Assembly (NCBI RefSeq): GCF_009914755.1
Contig: NC_060931.1
Length of the DNA: 64,000 nt
Reading direction: 5' to 3' (one strand)
Origin: the human T2T-CHM13v2.0 reference genome, Homo sapiens
Shown: positions 1-13,203 of the stretch, piece after piece
Position numbering within the stretch: the first letter of the stretch is position 1
How the letters are laid out: every line of letters starts with the position of its first letter
The notes under the pieces: model-generated
What the model saw: only the letters and a program-made list of their open reading frames with translations
What the model was told of the DNA's origin: nothing
The model's database searches: none
Program-made: the position numbers and the translations under genes

Positions 1-337
1 TGTATACACTCAGTAGGTCACTGTTTAACAATTAAGACGATCATTCTAACTGCCCGAGTCTTATCATCTCCTAAAAACAATATAGCAGAGACTAACTCCA
101 ACATATGTTAATTAGCCTTATCCTTAACCTCATTCACATCATTCTGTCTATCACCTTCGTTTGTCTTATCTCATTTGGTCCCCAAGTTTTACTCTGTAGG
201 TATTTCAGATTTACAAACTAGAAGGCAGTCTGTTATTGGAAGGCAATTACAAGCTTTTATGTTGAACATGAAATATGTTAGAAAGAGGATATGGGACACA
301 AATCTGACCCTACATACAGAAGAAAAGTAATCAGCAC

Positions 338-473
338 CTGATGTCATCCTCATTGGCAAACATAATCACTGCTCGAGCATTAGGTGTTTCTAGCAGGCGT
401 TTGATAATTTTTTCAAATTCTCCAGGTCTTGGTTCACGTGGGATTTTCTGTGACTGAGCAATGCAAACACCAC
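338..473 (-). CDS. GRM8: Internal coding exon (136 bp; phase 1 in, phase 2 out) of metabotropic glutamate receptor 8, extracellular ligand-binding domain
   Basis: The minus strand reads ...ctcccttcttttttaaatAG|GT GGT GTT TGC ATT GCT CAG TCA CAG AAA ATC CCA CGT GAA CCA AGA CCT GGA GAA TTT GAA AAA ATT ATC AAA CGC CTG CTA GAA ACA CCT AAT GCT CGA GCA GTG ATT ATG TTT GCC AAT GAG GAT GAC ATC AG|GTgctg. The frame is open and the AG/GT ends are canonical. The peptide matches group III mGluRs; [16 protein letters not shown] and [11 protein letters not shown] fit GRM8 rather than GRM4/6/7 as I recall them. Confidence 0.96.
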
Positions 474-530
474 CTATTTAAAAAAGAAGGGAGGTGGTGA
501 TTCAGAAAGAGCATTTATTTAATTAGCAAA
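474..530 (-). promoter_or_regulatory. GRM8: 3' splice site of the GRM8 exon (polypyrimidine tract plus TAG; candidate branch points)
   Basis: Minus strand: gtttgctaattaaataaatgctctttctgaatcaccacctcccttcttttttaaatag. The AG is at 475-474. Confidence 0.85.
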
Positions 531-1798
531 CCCAATTACCTACTTTATAAAAGCACATACTTCTGTATGAATATTATTTCTCAAAATATGTGTCACTCTC
601 ACCTATTAAGAGCAATTGTTTGTTTGCATTATAATATATTCACCAAATAAATGACAACAATTATTAATCAGACATGGGTTTCTTTCCCAATATTTAAACA
701 TTATTTTTGTGGATATAGCTAAGAAAACCAAGGTGTATAAGATGTGTGATGAGAGTCAAAAGATGGAAAGAAGAAGGGATCTTTTGATTTATGCAACATA
801 AGCCAAAGGACAAGTGACAGAATTAATAAAAGTATGAATATGTCTTATAGTTGAGACCCTTATTAAGTAGCAAAGTCCTTTTGTTACTTTTATTTACTGG
901 TAGACTTCTTTTAAAGTTAATTTCATTGTATAGCTAATAGAACTGCAGCAAGATCCTCATGCATCAGCATAGCAATGTCTTATGAGACAAGTGGTCTTCA
1001 AGGCTATGTAAGACACAGGCAAACCCCAAAGATGCCAACTTTGGATTGACATACATCGCCACTATGAAAATCGAAATGGCAGAAATACCATCTCATTTTC
1101 ACTGCAAATAAAAAGACAGAACCCTTCTTTTGGCCTCTCCTTCTTAGGCAATGAAGGACAAAAGAGAAAAGTATAGAAAAGATCTCTGCCTCTGGGCTGG
1201 GGTAGGAGGAGAAGAAAGAGGTTCCCCCAGTTGCAGTGAAACAGAGATAACATTCTGAAACTAGATGAGAAAGCAATATTAGTAATAGGTTTCAACTGCA
1301 TTATGGTATAAACAGTATTTTTTTTTAGTCAGCTAAGAATTAAATCACCATTTATAGCATTGCTTCAGTAGGCAAAGGCATTTTTACTTCCAAACAATTG
1401 CCAATGCACTCAGTCATCCAACTGTTATTGGATGCCATTATATTCTACGCACTGGGCTCAACATTGGAAATGCACAGTCTAATCCAGGAGTTACCACCTA
1501 GTCTGGGAAATAGGCATTTGAATAAGTTACCATGGAATAGATAATAAAGTATATAATTAATAGGATACCCAATACAATCAGAACACAGAAGAAGGAGTAA
1601 CTAAAGTGCTTGAGAGAACTGAATTTTAAAGAGCAAATATATATCCACATGGGGACAAAAGTGGAACATGTCTGGTGGAGGCCAAAGTATGTAAAAACCT
1701 AGCATGATCATGGCCTATGGTAGAGACTGGCTGGGTTTGAAGTTGGAAACAATGACCAGGTCCAACTTGAGAACGGCTTTGTTAGACATGCCAAATTC

Positions 1799-2316
1799 TG
1801 TAGGCTGAGTGTTCATATGTTAAAACTTAATCCCCAGTGTGAAAGTATTAGGAGATGGGACTGTTGGGAGGTGATTAGGTCATGAGAGTGGAGTCCTTAT
1901 GAATGGGATTAGTGCCCTTATAAAAAAGACTCCACAGAGATTTCTTGCACCATCTGCCATGTGAGGACACAGCAAAAAGACACTGAACCAGGAAGAGGGC
2001 CCTCATCAGCTCTTGACCATGCTGGCACCTTGCTCTCAGACCTTCAGCCTCCAGAACTGTAAAAATAAATTACTATTGATTAAGCCACCCAGTATATGAT
2101 AATTTTTATTTTTTATTTTTTAGATATGGGGGTGTCACTCTGTCACCCAGGCTAGAGTGCAGTGGCCAGATCATAGTTCACTGTAGCCTCAAAGCCCTAG
2201 GCTCCAGTGATTTGCTCACCTCATCCTCCGGAGTAACTGGGATTACTCTGCACATGCCACCACACCGCACTGGTCTCCTATAATAATTTATTATGCATTT
2301 CAAAGAGACTAAGACA
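1799..2316 (+). mobile_element. MaLR solo LTR, MLT1A-like (interrupted by an Alu monomer)
   Basis: Starts TG; contains gggaggtgattaggtcatgag, gaatgggattagtgcccttataaaa, ccatgtgaggacacagc and cagcctccagaactgt; ends gactaagaCA. Confidence 0.85.
2104..2270 (-). mobile_element. Old Alu monomer (FRAM/FAM-like or AluJ right arm)
   Basis: T-rich tail followed by tcactctgtcacccaggctagagtgcagtgg...gccaccacaccg. A degenerate ataattt duplication flanks it. Confidence 0.8.
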
Positions 2317-2689
2317 TCAAATAACTTGGACTTTATTTTGAAAACAATGGGGATCCATTAGGTTCATCAGCAGGAGAAATATGTGCTGAGCTTTATGCTT
2401 TAGGTAGACTTTCAAAGAAGAAACGTCTGGTAGCCAAATGACAGATTTCCAGGGTGCTGTGATCGGACCTAATATGTACAGCAGATGTATGAGTAACTGG
2501 TGCCAGTATATAAAACTATTTTTCTTTTAAGTTAGAGAACATTCAAAATTATGCCTGTAATAGCAGGACTCTTAGTAACCTTACAATTTGCATCCCAGGG
2601 GTGGGAATTGCCCATAATACACAGATTGGGCTGTGTCACTACCTGCAGTTAGCTAGTCTACCGATATACTACCACTAGTTGTGATAATT

Positions 2690-4060
2690 GATTCATTCCT
2701 TCAGTAAATATTTCTTGAGTGCCCCGTATCTGCTAGATACTGTGTGGGTGCTGTGGACACAATGGTGAATAAAAGAAATTCTCTAAGTTCACAGAATTCA
2801 GAAATATTGTGGGTAACTCAGGCTTAATGCAAACTAAAAAGAAAGAAGAAGAAGAGAAAAAGAATGGAGACGAGAAAGAAGAAGAGCAGGAGAAGGAGGA
2901 GGAGAAAGAGGAAGAGGAAGAAGGAGGAAGAGGAAGAAGGAGGAAGAGGAGAAAGACAAGGAGGAGGAAATGGAAGGAGGAGGAGCAGATGGAAGGAGGA
3001 GGAAGAGATGGAGGAGGAGGAGGAAGAGATGGAGGAGGAGGAGTAAGAGAAAGGAGGAGGAGGAAGAAGAAAGGGGAGGAGGAAGAGGGAGGAGGAGGAA
3101 GAGGAAGGAGGGGGAAGAAGGGGAAGGAGGAGAAGGAGAAAGCAGAAGCAGAAGAGGCAGAAGAAGAAATAATACATAATTATAAATTATAATAAGCCCT
3201 GTGAGGAAGAGCAAAGGAATTTAATTTAGATTGAGGACTGCTCAGGGAAAGCCACCCTAAAGTTGTGTAATGTAGTTGAGATCAAAAGGATGAGAGCATG
3301 GGAAAGGGCAGGAAAGGGCCAGGGGAGTCAGTGAATGAGGGTGAGAGGAGTGGGCAACAAAAATGAGATGGAGATAAGGGTCCAATTGTGTGTGGCTCTG
3401 CAGGGCCTGTGGAAGACTATGAATAATTAAATGCTTAACTTTCTCACTAAATGTTTCTATTTCTTCGATCTTTGAGTGGCGCATAGGAATATGTCTCATG
3501 TATGAGCATTGCACTCCACGGAAGAAAAATGGATGACGATCGCTGATACAGAGGGCAGCCTGAAGTGGGATGAACAGGAGGCAATGAGCCAAGCAAGGAG
3601 GTATTGGAATAGGCAGTGGGAAATGATGACTGAGCCAGCGCTACTGGTGCTGGGGAGGAGCAGCTGGAGCTAAGGCAGAATCTCTGAGTTAGAATCAATG
3701 GGGCTTTGTATTGATTTGATGTAAGTAGGGAAGCAATGGGAAACCGCTAAGTATGACTCCAAGGATTTGGTCTTTGTGACCAGTTATGTGATGGTATCAT
3801 TAAACAAGTGGGAAATCCAGGAGGATAAGGAGGAGGAAAGAATGATTTTGATTGGAAGCAGGTTGTCTTCAAAGTATGCATGGAATGTCAAACTGAAAAA
3901 GTGAATCTGGAGCTAAAGAGAGAGAAGGGAATTGTAATACTTTCGTCAGGGGCTGATAGGTTAGGTATTTGAAGTGTTGTGGGGCAAAGAGGTCACTGAG
4001 AGAGAATATTTAAATCAGCAATAGAAAAGGTGAATTATAGAACTCTGAAAAAAATCAGGT
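2690..4060 (-). mobile_element. L2 fragment split by a purine-rich expansion
   Basis: Starts with the reverse L2 3' end (attcattccttcagtaaatatttcttgagtgcc...tactgtgtgggtgctgtggacacaatggtgaataaaag) and resumes after 3170. Confidence 0.65.
2836..3169. repeat. GA-rich low-complexity tract ((GAG/GAA)n), about 330 bp
   Basis: Almost pure purine on the + strand, with internal ~21-bp gatggaggaggaggaggaaga repeats. Confidence 0.95.
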
Positions 4061-5589
4061 TTGGAGAAGGAGGAAAGGAGTGATTAAATATTTTGAGAAA
4101 ACTTTTGGAATGAAGTCTAGAGGTAAGTTGAAGACTATGTATAATTTATTTAAAATGCAAACAAACCAACCTCCGTGAGTGGAAACATTAGGTAACTGCA
4201 AAAATGTAACATGAAGTAACACTCTCTAGGGAACAATAGCTGTTTCAAAAGATGACTGCCCTTTTAATTAAATTGCCATGATTACTTAAGCATCCCATTA
4301 AAGACATGTTATATGCTGAGTATCATTCTGAGACTGACTCTGTAGCCATAAAAAATTAAGTTCTGAAAATTTTTATTATTACTGTTTCAGAAGAAGCAAA
4401 CAAGCAATCCAAACATAGTTTAGTCTGAATTCATTGATTTATTTATTCACCATGGACCTATTAAACATTTTTGTTTGTAAAGAGCTGAGTTAGCTGAGTT
4501 GAATTTTAACATAGCTTAAATCCATTTCACTTTTTGCTATTCCCGCACCTCACCTCATATCTTTCAACCTGGTCAGTTTGAATTTTCCTGGAAAGAGGCA
4601 CTGGACTATTAATCTATTTAAGCTGAACAAATGCTTGTAGAGAACCTGTTCCACATGGCATTGTGCTGTTTGGTGCCTGTGTATATTTTATTAAAGTGTA
4701 GATAAATTATTTCTCAAATGATTGTAGTTAGAAGACTGGGATTATTTCCTTAACCCTGATACCCATTCACACTTTCTTTCTTCATATCAGTCAAAAACCA
4801 GACAGCTAATCTGTTCATAAGCACTCATGGTCTACTATGTTTCAGGAGCTACAGACAAAGACAGCCAGTCCTCAGCAGTTATGATATAATTGAATGACAA
4901 TATGTACACATAAGAAATGTCAGACAAGGGTGTAAATTAGGTAACACAGATAACAGCATAAGATACACCACAGTTCAGTCATAAATGACAAATAGGTCAT
5001 CCCCTAAAATAGTCCTATGACTTCATAAGAGGAAGAGGTTATTATATACTGTTAGAATTTGGTTTAAAAAATAAAATGAAATTCAAAGATTCAGACCTCA
5101 AAGATACGTTTTCCATACAATACTCCACATCCATTGCTTGACTTTTTAAAGAGACTCTGTCTTGATTTAAATTCCTGGGGTGGGTGGGAGGAAGAGAAGT
5201 TGCCCTTCATCAAAGAATGTGTCCACCACATCTATTCTTCCATGTCTCAGTCTGAAAGATTACTAATTGTGTACAATTTAAGGGACTTTAACTTTCCTAT
5301 TCTGCAGGGGTGTTACTGTTCTGTAATTTTTAAAGCTTAGTACTTACAGGCAAAATGTTATATGAAGGAATTTATAATTGGCTGTTTTCTAGAATTTCCT
5401 GGCTAGTTTCCTTGCAGCCTGTGTATTTTTTTTCCTTCTGGTTACTTAACAATAATTTAAAGATCATTTGTTGAATTTAACACTTTATGTATACTTTACA
5501 ATACACATGATCACTCCTTTCCAGTCTCATTTACTCAATGACACCATCTCTATTCCTAATGGCAGAACTTGAAGGTTTGCATCATGACC

Positions 5590-5705
5590 ATCTTTCTGAT
5601 AAGGAAAATGAGAAACAGGGGTACCAACGGCTTGCAAGATACTGAAATCCAGGTTCAAAGCCAGATTTGTCTGCCTCTAAGTCTGGACTTCTTCCATCAT
5701 CTTAC
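5590..5705 (-). mobile_element. MIR fragment
   Basis: gataaggaaaatgag...aggttcaaagccagatttgtctgcctctaagtc resembles the reverse MIR core and head. Confidence 0.5.
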
Positions 5706-5959
5706 CCATCCACAATTGACTATACCTGTGGCTTAATGGTTTAGTGACTGCAAATGATTGATGGATAAGATAAAGCAAATTTAAAGACTCTTTTTTTTTT
5801 TAAAACCCTGCCAGTTGTCCCTTGTAAATCTAATTGACAGCTACATAAATACAGTCCTTCTGTTATCCTAAATAAGAGTTTAATTAAAATACTTGGAATC
5901 TATGCAGATTATAGAAGTGACTTAAAGTTCTTCAGCATATAGCCAGTCTACCCTCCAAA

Positions 5960-6210
5960 CTTTCCAATTGTTTCTGTTGATGCATGTTCTCAGGAAGACT
6001 TTTCTGAGGTTCTTGTCTTCCACTTCTTTCATACTGCAGCAATCATAATAATTTTAATTTTACTTTTTTTTGTTACTTCTTTTTCTTTTTCTTCTTCAAT
6101 TAGAAATCCATGAGTATTGAACCTTGTCTTTCAAATTTATCAGTATACCCCAACATGTATCACTGCGTTTGGTACATAGACTTCAACAAACATTTGTTGA
6201 ATGAATAAAT
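5960..6210 (+). mobile_element. L2 3' end
   Basis: Ends ...tggtacatagacttcaacaaacatttgttgaatgaataaatg, a typical L2 tail. Confidence 0.65.
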
Positions 6211-6639
6211 GCAAGACTTGTGACAGGTACTGCTAGGATAGAGAAATACAAATGAGACAGTGCTGCTTTCAAAGACTTCTCCATCAAGTAGGGGAACAAA
6301 TAGCTACATGTAAATATATGTTTAAAAGTAGATGTCATTAAAAGAAGTAAAAAAAATATTTGGGCCATGACAATTCAGAGGAAGTTGTCACTGAAATGGG
6401 ATCTGCCTCCCAAAATAGTTTTTATTAGGGTGCCATGAATTAGAATACTACCTAGGCCTTAGTGTATTCATCTGTAGAGTGGCATTAGAATTTCCTCATA
6501 TTGATACAAGAGCAAATTTGTAAACAATGCCATTTCAGAATTTTTACCCCTTTAGAAGGCTGAGACTTGTGGGTGAGTGGTCAGGTGTCACAGATATGAG
6601 AGATAAAAGGCTTGTATGTATTGATTTGCTAGTGCATAG

Positions 6640-6830
6640 AGATGGTGGAATGAGAAAGAAAATAGACTTGTCAGAAGACCTGAGAGTGGCCCCACATAAT
6701 CTTGAAAAGTCTCTCATCTCTCAGTTTCCTCATCTCTGTAATGAGGTTCATAATAACTATCTCTCAGGTATACTGTGAGAATCCAATTATAAAGGGTAAA
6801 TTCCTATGCCAATGTAGCATATTATTATTA
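6640..6830 (+). mobile_element. MIR
   Basis: MIR core tctcagtttcctcatctctgtaatgagg...taataactatctctcagg. Confidence 0.65.
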
Positions 6831-7607
6831 GTGTTAATAACAGTAATAATCATAGCCAGACAAGAATCATCACCAACACTGAGAGATACTTGACATTCAG
6901 CCCTAAAACACAGGTTTTTCAACAGATCATATTTTTGAATCTTCACCATTTTATGTGTAATATTATCAAACATCCTAAATTCTGAAAAGTGATACTTGCT
7001 CACTTGCCTGTGCCAATAGATGAAATGACTAGATTTCACTCTTCATCATTGTTGATTACAATGTGATCGGGGCAATTTTAAGGTGAGAGAATGAGAAAAG
7101 TTATTTACATTCTTCTCCCATCCCCCAGTTCCTACCCCCAAGAATTAATTCTCCTTTCAAATGGATTCCATAAGTAGTAAAGATTTGGCTCCAATATCTG
7201 AGTTGAAATTAGAATTTAACTCTTTAATAAAATGGTTAAAACTATTAAAATATTAACGGGTGCCAATTGTTAAGCAAAAGTTGTTATGGAAACAACCACA
7301 TGTTCTGTTTCATTCAAACATTTGTGCTACCTTTTTAAGAGGCTGGAATCTAATGTGTTGAGATAATAATGTTGGACTCTCCTAGAAGCAAACCTCAGAA
7401 GGAGTTTGAAATGCACAAAATTTGCTCTTGGCATCTACCTGATGCAGGGCTCAGGGGAAGCAGAGAAATCCAGGCAGAGAAATCCAGCTGGCTGTGGCCC
7501 AGTGACAGGCTGCTGACACCACAAGAAGTTCTGAGGCTAGAATGGCCTTCAGAGTTGCTTTAAAACAGGCCACAAAGGCCAGGCCATTATACCTCCACAT
7601 CAATCAG

Positions 7608-8344
<737 letters not shown>

Positions 8345-9899
8345 ATGAATCATCAGACTTGGGCCACTCTGGAAGAGGGGAAGGTGAACTTGGCCAAGGC
8401 AGCTCTCTGTAGCCAGGGCATTCCCTCACAGGGTTCAGAGCTGAAGGCTGTCTGCCTATAGCACTCCCAGAAATAAGAATAACAGGTCATGCACTGATAG
8501 GATCTTGAAGGTCAATTCACCATATGTACATTAGTGTTAATAATGTATAATTGAAATTTATACAAAAATGAAGATATCATTTTTCTGAAACAACCGTAGA
8601 CTATTGTTTGCCTTATAAGGCAAATAATTAATAGAATGTTATTATTTAATGTTAAAACTTCCTTTCAAAGACGTCTTGTTGCACAAACAAAGGCAATCTA
8701 TACAAATGATAGAAAACTGGAATTGTAGCCTGCACAAGTAGGAGAAATAGGACCTTCATTCTTTCTGGTTTTTCAATAAAGAAGTTTTGTTAAAACAATC
8801 TAAAAGGATAAAGAATTATGTTTTTAGTTGTTGCTCATTTATAAGACAAAAATCTCTATTAATAATTTAGTAGGAGAAAAATAAAACAAGAAACAATGTC
8901 ACAGCACCAAGTTCCAACTGTGATGGAAATTGAGGATTAACTTATTGGGATGAAATTACTTACAAAGCTGTGTATAGAATACTAAGTGTGCATTTTAAAA
9001 AAACAACATGACTACAGTATTATCAGTATCTCAAGTTGGTTCACAATTTCCATCAAATTAAATTCTACATAAATCAACTCAAGTCTGTGGTTATATAATT
9101 TGTTAGAGCTACACGACAGACCTTGGTTTTGGTGTACAAATAAGCAAACAAAATTACCATTTTATCAGTTGTTAAAGAGAATGACTAGACTATTGGTTAA
9201 AAATGATTAGACTTACAGTTTGACCATAAGAAATTTGCCTAGAATTAAACATCTTTTGATCTAATAAAAATGTGATACAGCCCATCCACCATTATTTATT
9301 TCTTATGAACATGCCTTCAGATAATAGCAATGAGCAAAACAAAATAACCAGGTGTTTTTTTAAGGCAATAGAAACACATAAACTCTCTACCCTAAATATC
9401 CTTAGCATCATTTATATTTCCATCTTTCTGAAGACATAAGTGAACTAACAATTTGACCTAAAGTAATTGGTCCTTTAGTGGTAGTTGAGTAAAATTTGTT
9501 CTATGGTTTAAATAAGTGTAATCACGCCTCCTGTAACAATATTTTCGCCTCCTCATGTGGCGTACAACTGGGACTTAGCAGGAAAGTGCACAACATGAAA
9601 CTGTAAGTTTATCAGCTTAAAGTGTACTTTGCAAAAGAGAAGATTTATCTCACACATCACTGTAAAGAAAAAGTGTTATCTCTACCAACATGGATTAAAA
9701 GAGCAAAACTGCACTTATATTTATGTTCATTTTCTCTTTCTCACTTTCAAACATTTTATACTTTTTCCTCTATCAAATGCCATGTGGAATCTTAAAGGGA
9801 CTCTGAAAAGCAATGCAATGAAGGAATGGTACAGAAGAGGCATGTGCTACCATGCATAGGGAAATAAAGACAATCCACTGTGAAACGGGACTGCAACAG

Positions 9900-10745
9900 A
9901 AGCAGACACTTCTCAAAAGAAGACATACAGGTGGCTAACAAATATACGAAAAAAATGCTCAACATCACTGGTCACAGAGAAATGCAAGTCAAAACCACTA
10001 TGAGACATCATCACACACCAGTCAGAATGACTATTATTAAAAGTCAAAAAATAACATGTTGATGAGGCTACAGAGAAAAAGGAAGACTTACACACTGTTG
10101 GTGGGAATGTAAATTAGTTCAGCCACTGTGGAAAGCAGTATGAAGATTTCTCAAAGAACCAAAAACAGAACTACCATTCAACCCAGCAACCCCATTACTT
10201 GATATCTACCCAAAGGAAAAGAAATTCTTCTACCAAAAAGACACATGCACCTATATGTTCCCCACAGCACTATTACAATAGCAAAGACGTGGAATCAACC
10301 TAGGTGCCCATCAGCAGTGGACTGGATAAAGAAAATGTGGTAGCTATACACTGTGTAATGCTATACAGCCATAAAAAAGAATGAAATCTTGCCCTTTGCA
10401 GCAACATGGATGCAGCTAGAGGCCATAATCCTAAGCAAATTAATGCAGAAACAGAAAACAAAATATTTCACGTTCTTACTTATAAGTGTGAGCTAAATCT
10501 TGGCTACACACAGACATAAAGATGGGAACAATAGACACTGGAAACTCCCCAAGGATGGAGGGAGTGGGGCAAGGGCTAAAAACTTCCTATTGGGTACTAT
10601 GTTCATCATCTGGCTGATGGGATCAACAGAAACCTGATCCTCAGCATCACACAAGTATACCCCTGTAACAAACCTGCTCATGTACCCCCCCAATCTAAAA
10701 TAAAAATAGATGCTTTTTTAAAAAAGAAAATCATAATTAAAAAGA
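9900..10745 (+). mobile_element. 5'-truncated L1 (L1PB/L1MA-type): ORF2 C-terminus and 3'UTR
   Basis: cagacacttctcaaaagaagacatac...; ORF 9880-10062 is a decayed ORF2 (RHFSKEDIQ); 3'UTR ...aacaaacctgctcatgtacccc...taaaataaaa plus A-rich tail. Confidence 0.9.
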
Positions 10746-10924
10746 AAAGGACCTTGGCACAGAGAGCCCCTCTCCTGCCTGTCTGCAGATGTACTCTCAG
10801 AGAGATGCTGTGATCTGGAGGTGGATCGGGTCTAGGTAGGTTCACAGGGTCAGCGTCCACGCTGGGCTCTCACTCAGCCACAACTCACCACCGATCTGGA
10901 GGTCTGCTCAGAGGAACAGAGGAG

Positions 10925-11105
10925 TGGGGTGAATATGAATCTCGTCTCTAGGGTCAGACTTCCTAGGTCCAAATCCTGGCCCTTCTCTTCTTAGCTATGT
11001 GAGACTGGGTAAGTGAGGTGGCTTCTTTGTACCTCTGTCCCTCATCTGAAGATTGAGAAGATGGCACCCAAATGGGCTTTGTGAAGAGATTCAATAGACA
11101 CTCAA
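10925..11105 (+). mobile_element. MIR
   Basis: ggtcagacttcctaggtccaaatcctggcc...cttagctatgtgagactgggtaagt...ctcatctg. Confidence 0.65.
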
Positions 11106-12847
11106 CACATTACGTTTTCCTCAGAAAACACCTGCTAGTTGTAAATTGTTTAAAATCAAAATCAACAGCCCCCACACAGAAACAGTGATTGTCTTTCATC
11201 AAGTGATATTCACCTGCATTATTTCTAGAAACCTCAAATTTCATTCTCCAAGTATACACAGAATCACAACTCATACTAGAGATTCCTCAAGGGGGATATA
11301 GAGTCGGCTGCAGAAAGCTGTATAGTTAGAAGAAAAACTTATGCTCACCACAATAGAAATGAATGTCTGATATGTTGCCTCTTCTTACCTCTTCCTTTGA
11401 ATTAGAAATGTCTAAGGAGACATGGGTACAGGAACTGGGAAAGAGTCAGAGAAACAAAGAAAGAAATATAAAAGAAGAGAACCAGGAAGGGGAAAGGGGA
11501 GAAGAGAAATGGTGGCGGGGGAGAATGAAAGAGAACAAGAGTAGAAAGAGGAGAGCTGAGAGAGAAAACCCAGTCCAGAGGTATCTATGGAACTGGGCAG
11601 AAAAGGAATTCTCTGTAGGGTCAAAAAAGCAAGTGCAGGATGAGGAACAATTGGAGAAGGAGCACTTGACTAGGTTTAAATGAATGTCATTAATGTGTTG
11701 TGTGCATTTGTATTTTCTTTGGATTATGTTTTGGTGAGTGATTTGTGATCTTTATTTGTTCTATTTGTTTTTGCCATTTCAAATTAGGTTCCCAGACTCT
11801 GCAGCAAAAAATACAACAGGAAGATTTCAAAAGAGAAAGCTAACTCCTTCTAAATGCTCAAATGACCAATATGAACAGACTCTCTGACATATTTTCCAGC
11901 CCATTGCCTGGAAAAACCATTATGACAAAGACAATATTGAAATCAAAGTGAGCACTGTTTAAATTTCTTACCTGTTCTGGACTTTAAAACAGCATTAGAC
12001 TTTGAATTAAGCCCATTACAGAATTAATAATTTCATTATGGAATTGCAGCAGTTAAACACCCCAGTGTATTTCTAAGTCTAGTGAAGCCTGATAGCTGTG
12101 AACACTCATTGGATGTGTGACAAATACGTGAATAAATAAGAAGCCACTGTTTCCTGATATAGTGAAATTATCTAATAAATAGATAAGCATATCCATGTTT
12201 TAAAACCACCATCATTCAGAAAAAGGCAAAGTATCTTGGTATCTGTGTTATATGTGTACATATCATAAAGTCATTTCCAAATACCTTCTGCAGATAGGAC
12301 ATTCTCAACAGTATATCAACAGCAGCTATGAGAGCTTATAATCTATGTGCACTCTTCTACTCAGCACCAAGTAATATCTGATTCTACTTATCAGCATTAC
12401 CCGAATTCTGCAATGTATTAGCTTTCAAACAGTGAGGGGTCTTTGCTCAAAGCAGCATTTTCAACAGATACAGTGGCTGAGATTCTCAATTTAAGAAAGA
12501 AGAAACTGATAGCAGAAAGGTCATTATTATTTTAGCCAAATAACCCTTCTGAGCAAGGGTTGTACAATGACCATGGTACGGCAGTAACCAAACTAGGAAA
12601 TGAACTTCAGAGAACAAACATCAGCACCCAAAGCATTTAAAAACTCAGTCTTTCAAGGAAATGCAAGTAACATGTAGTGTTTCCCTAGGTAATGCAAGAT
12701 CATTCCCTATAGGAGGATTTGATCCATGTGTTTAGTACATAAAAAGGTTAAAAATGCAGTTACGTTTTTAACTTTTTGGATTCAGATAGCACTAAAAAGA
12801 AAGGATAGTGAATAGATATGTTTTGGATAGCAAGCCATCTAACATTT

Positions 12848-13057
12848 TCTTGGGCTCCAGGGATGATCCTATCCTGGCCTCCCAAGTAGCTAGGACTACA
12901 GGTGTGTGCCACCATGCCTGGCTAATATTTTTGTTTTTTGTGGAGATAGGGGTCTTGCTATGTTGGCCAGCTGGTCTCGAACTCCTGGCCTCAGGCAATA
13001 CTACTGCCTCTGCCTCCCAAAGTGCTGGGATTACAGGTGGAAGCCACCATGCCCAGC
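12848..13057 (-). mobile_element. AluJ lacking the distal right arm and tail
   Basis: Reverse Alu from ...tgggctccagggatgatcc to ...gccaccatgcccagc; diverged, J-like. Confidence 0.85.
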
Positions 13058-13156
13058 ATAATTCTTTGAAGGACTCTTGTCAAAATACATTTTGGACTAG
13101 ATTTTATTCAAAATAGAAGACAATTAGTAGCTTGAGATGCAAGGACCTCCTCCAAC

Positions 13157-13203
13157 CACACACACACACACACACACACACATGGACACGCACACACACA
13201 CAC
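13157..13203. repeat. (CA)n microsatellite, interrupted
   Basis: (CA)13, then tggacacg, then further CA units. Confidence 0.95.

Larger units (their letters stand above)
1405..2460 (-). mobile_element. L2 (LINE-2) fragment, split by an MLT1A LTR
   Basis: L2-like motifs on both sides of the LTR (gacatgccaa...acttggactttattttgaaaacaatggggatccatt). Confidence 0.55.

Noticed and set aside
2809-3214. Five overlapping ORFs rich in E/K/R/G or S/F/L
   Set aside because: They are translations of the GA-rich simple repeat, which lacks stop codons; no coding signal.
11960-12190. Strong minus-strand donor CAG|GTAAGA at about 11971 as the end of a hidden GRM8 exon (similar donors at about 27189 and 37684)
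   Set aside because: No convincing paired acceptor or mGluR-like frame; isolated consensus donors are common in long introns.
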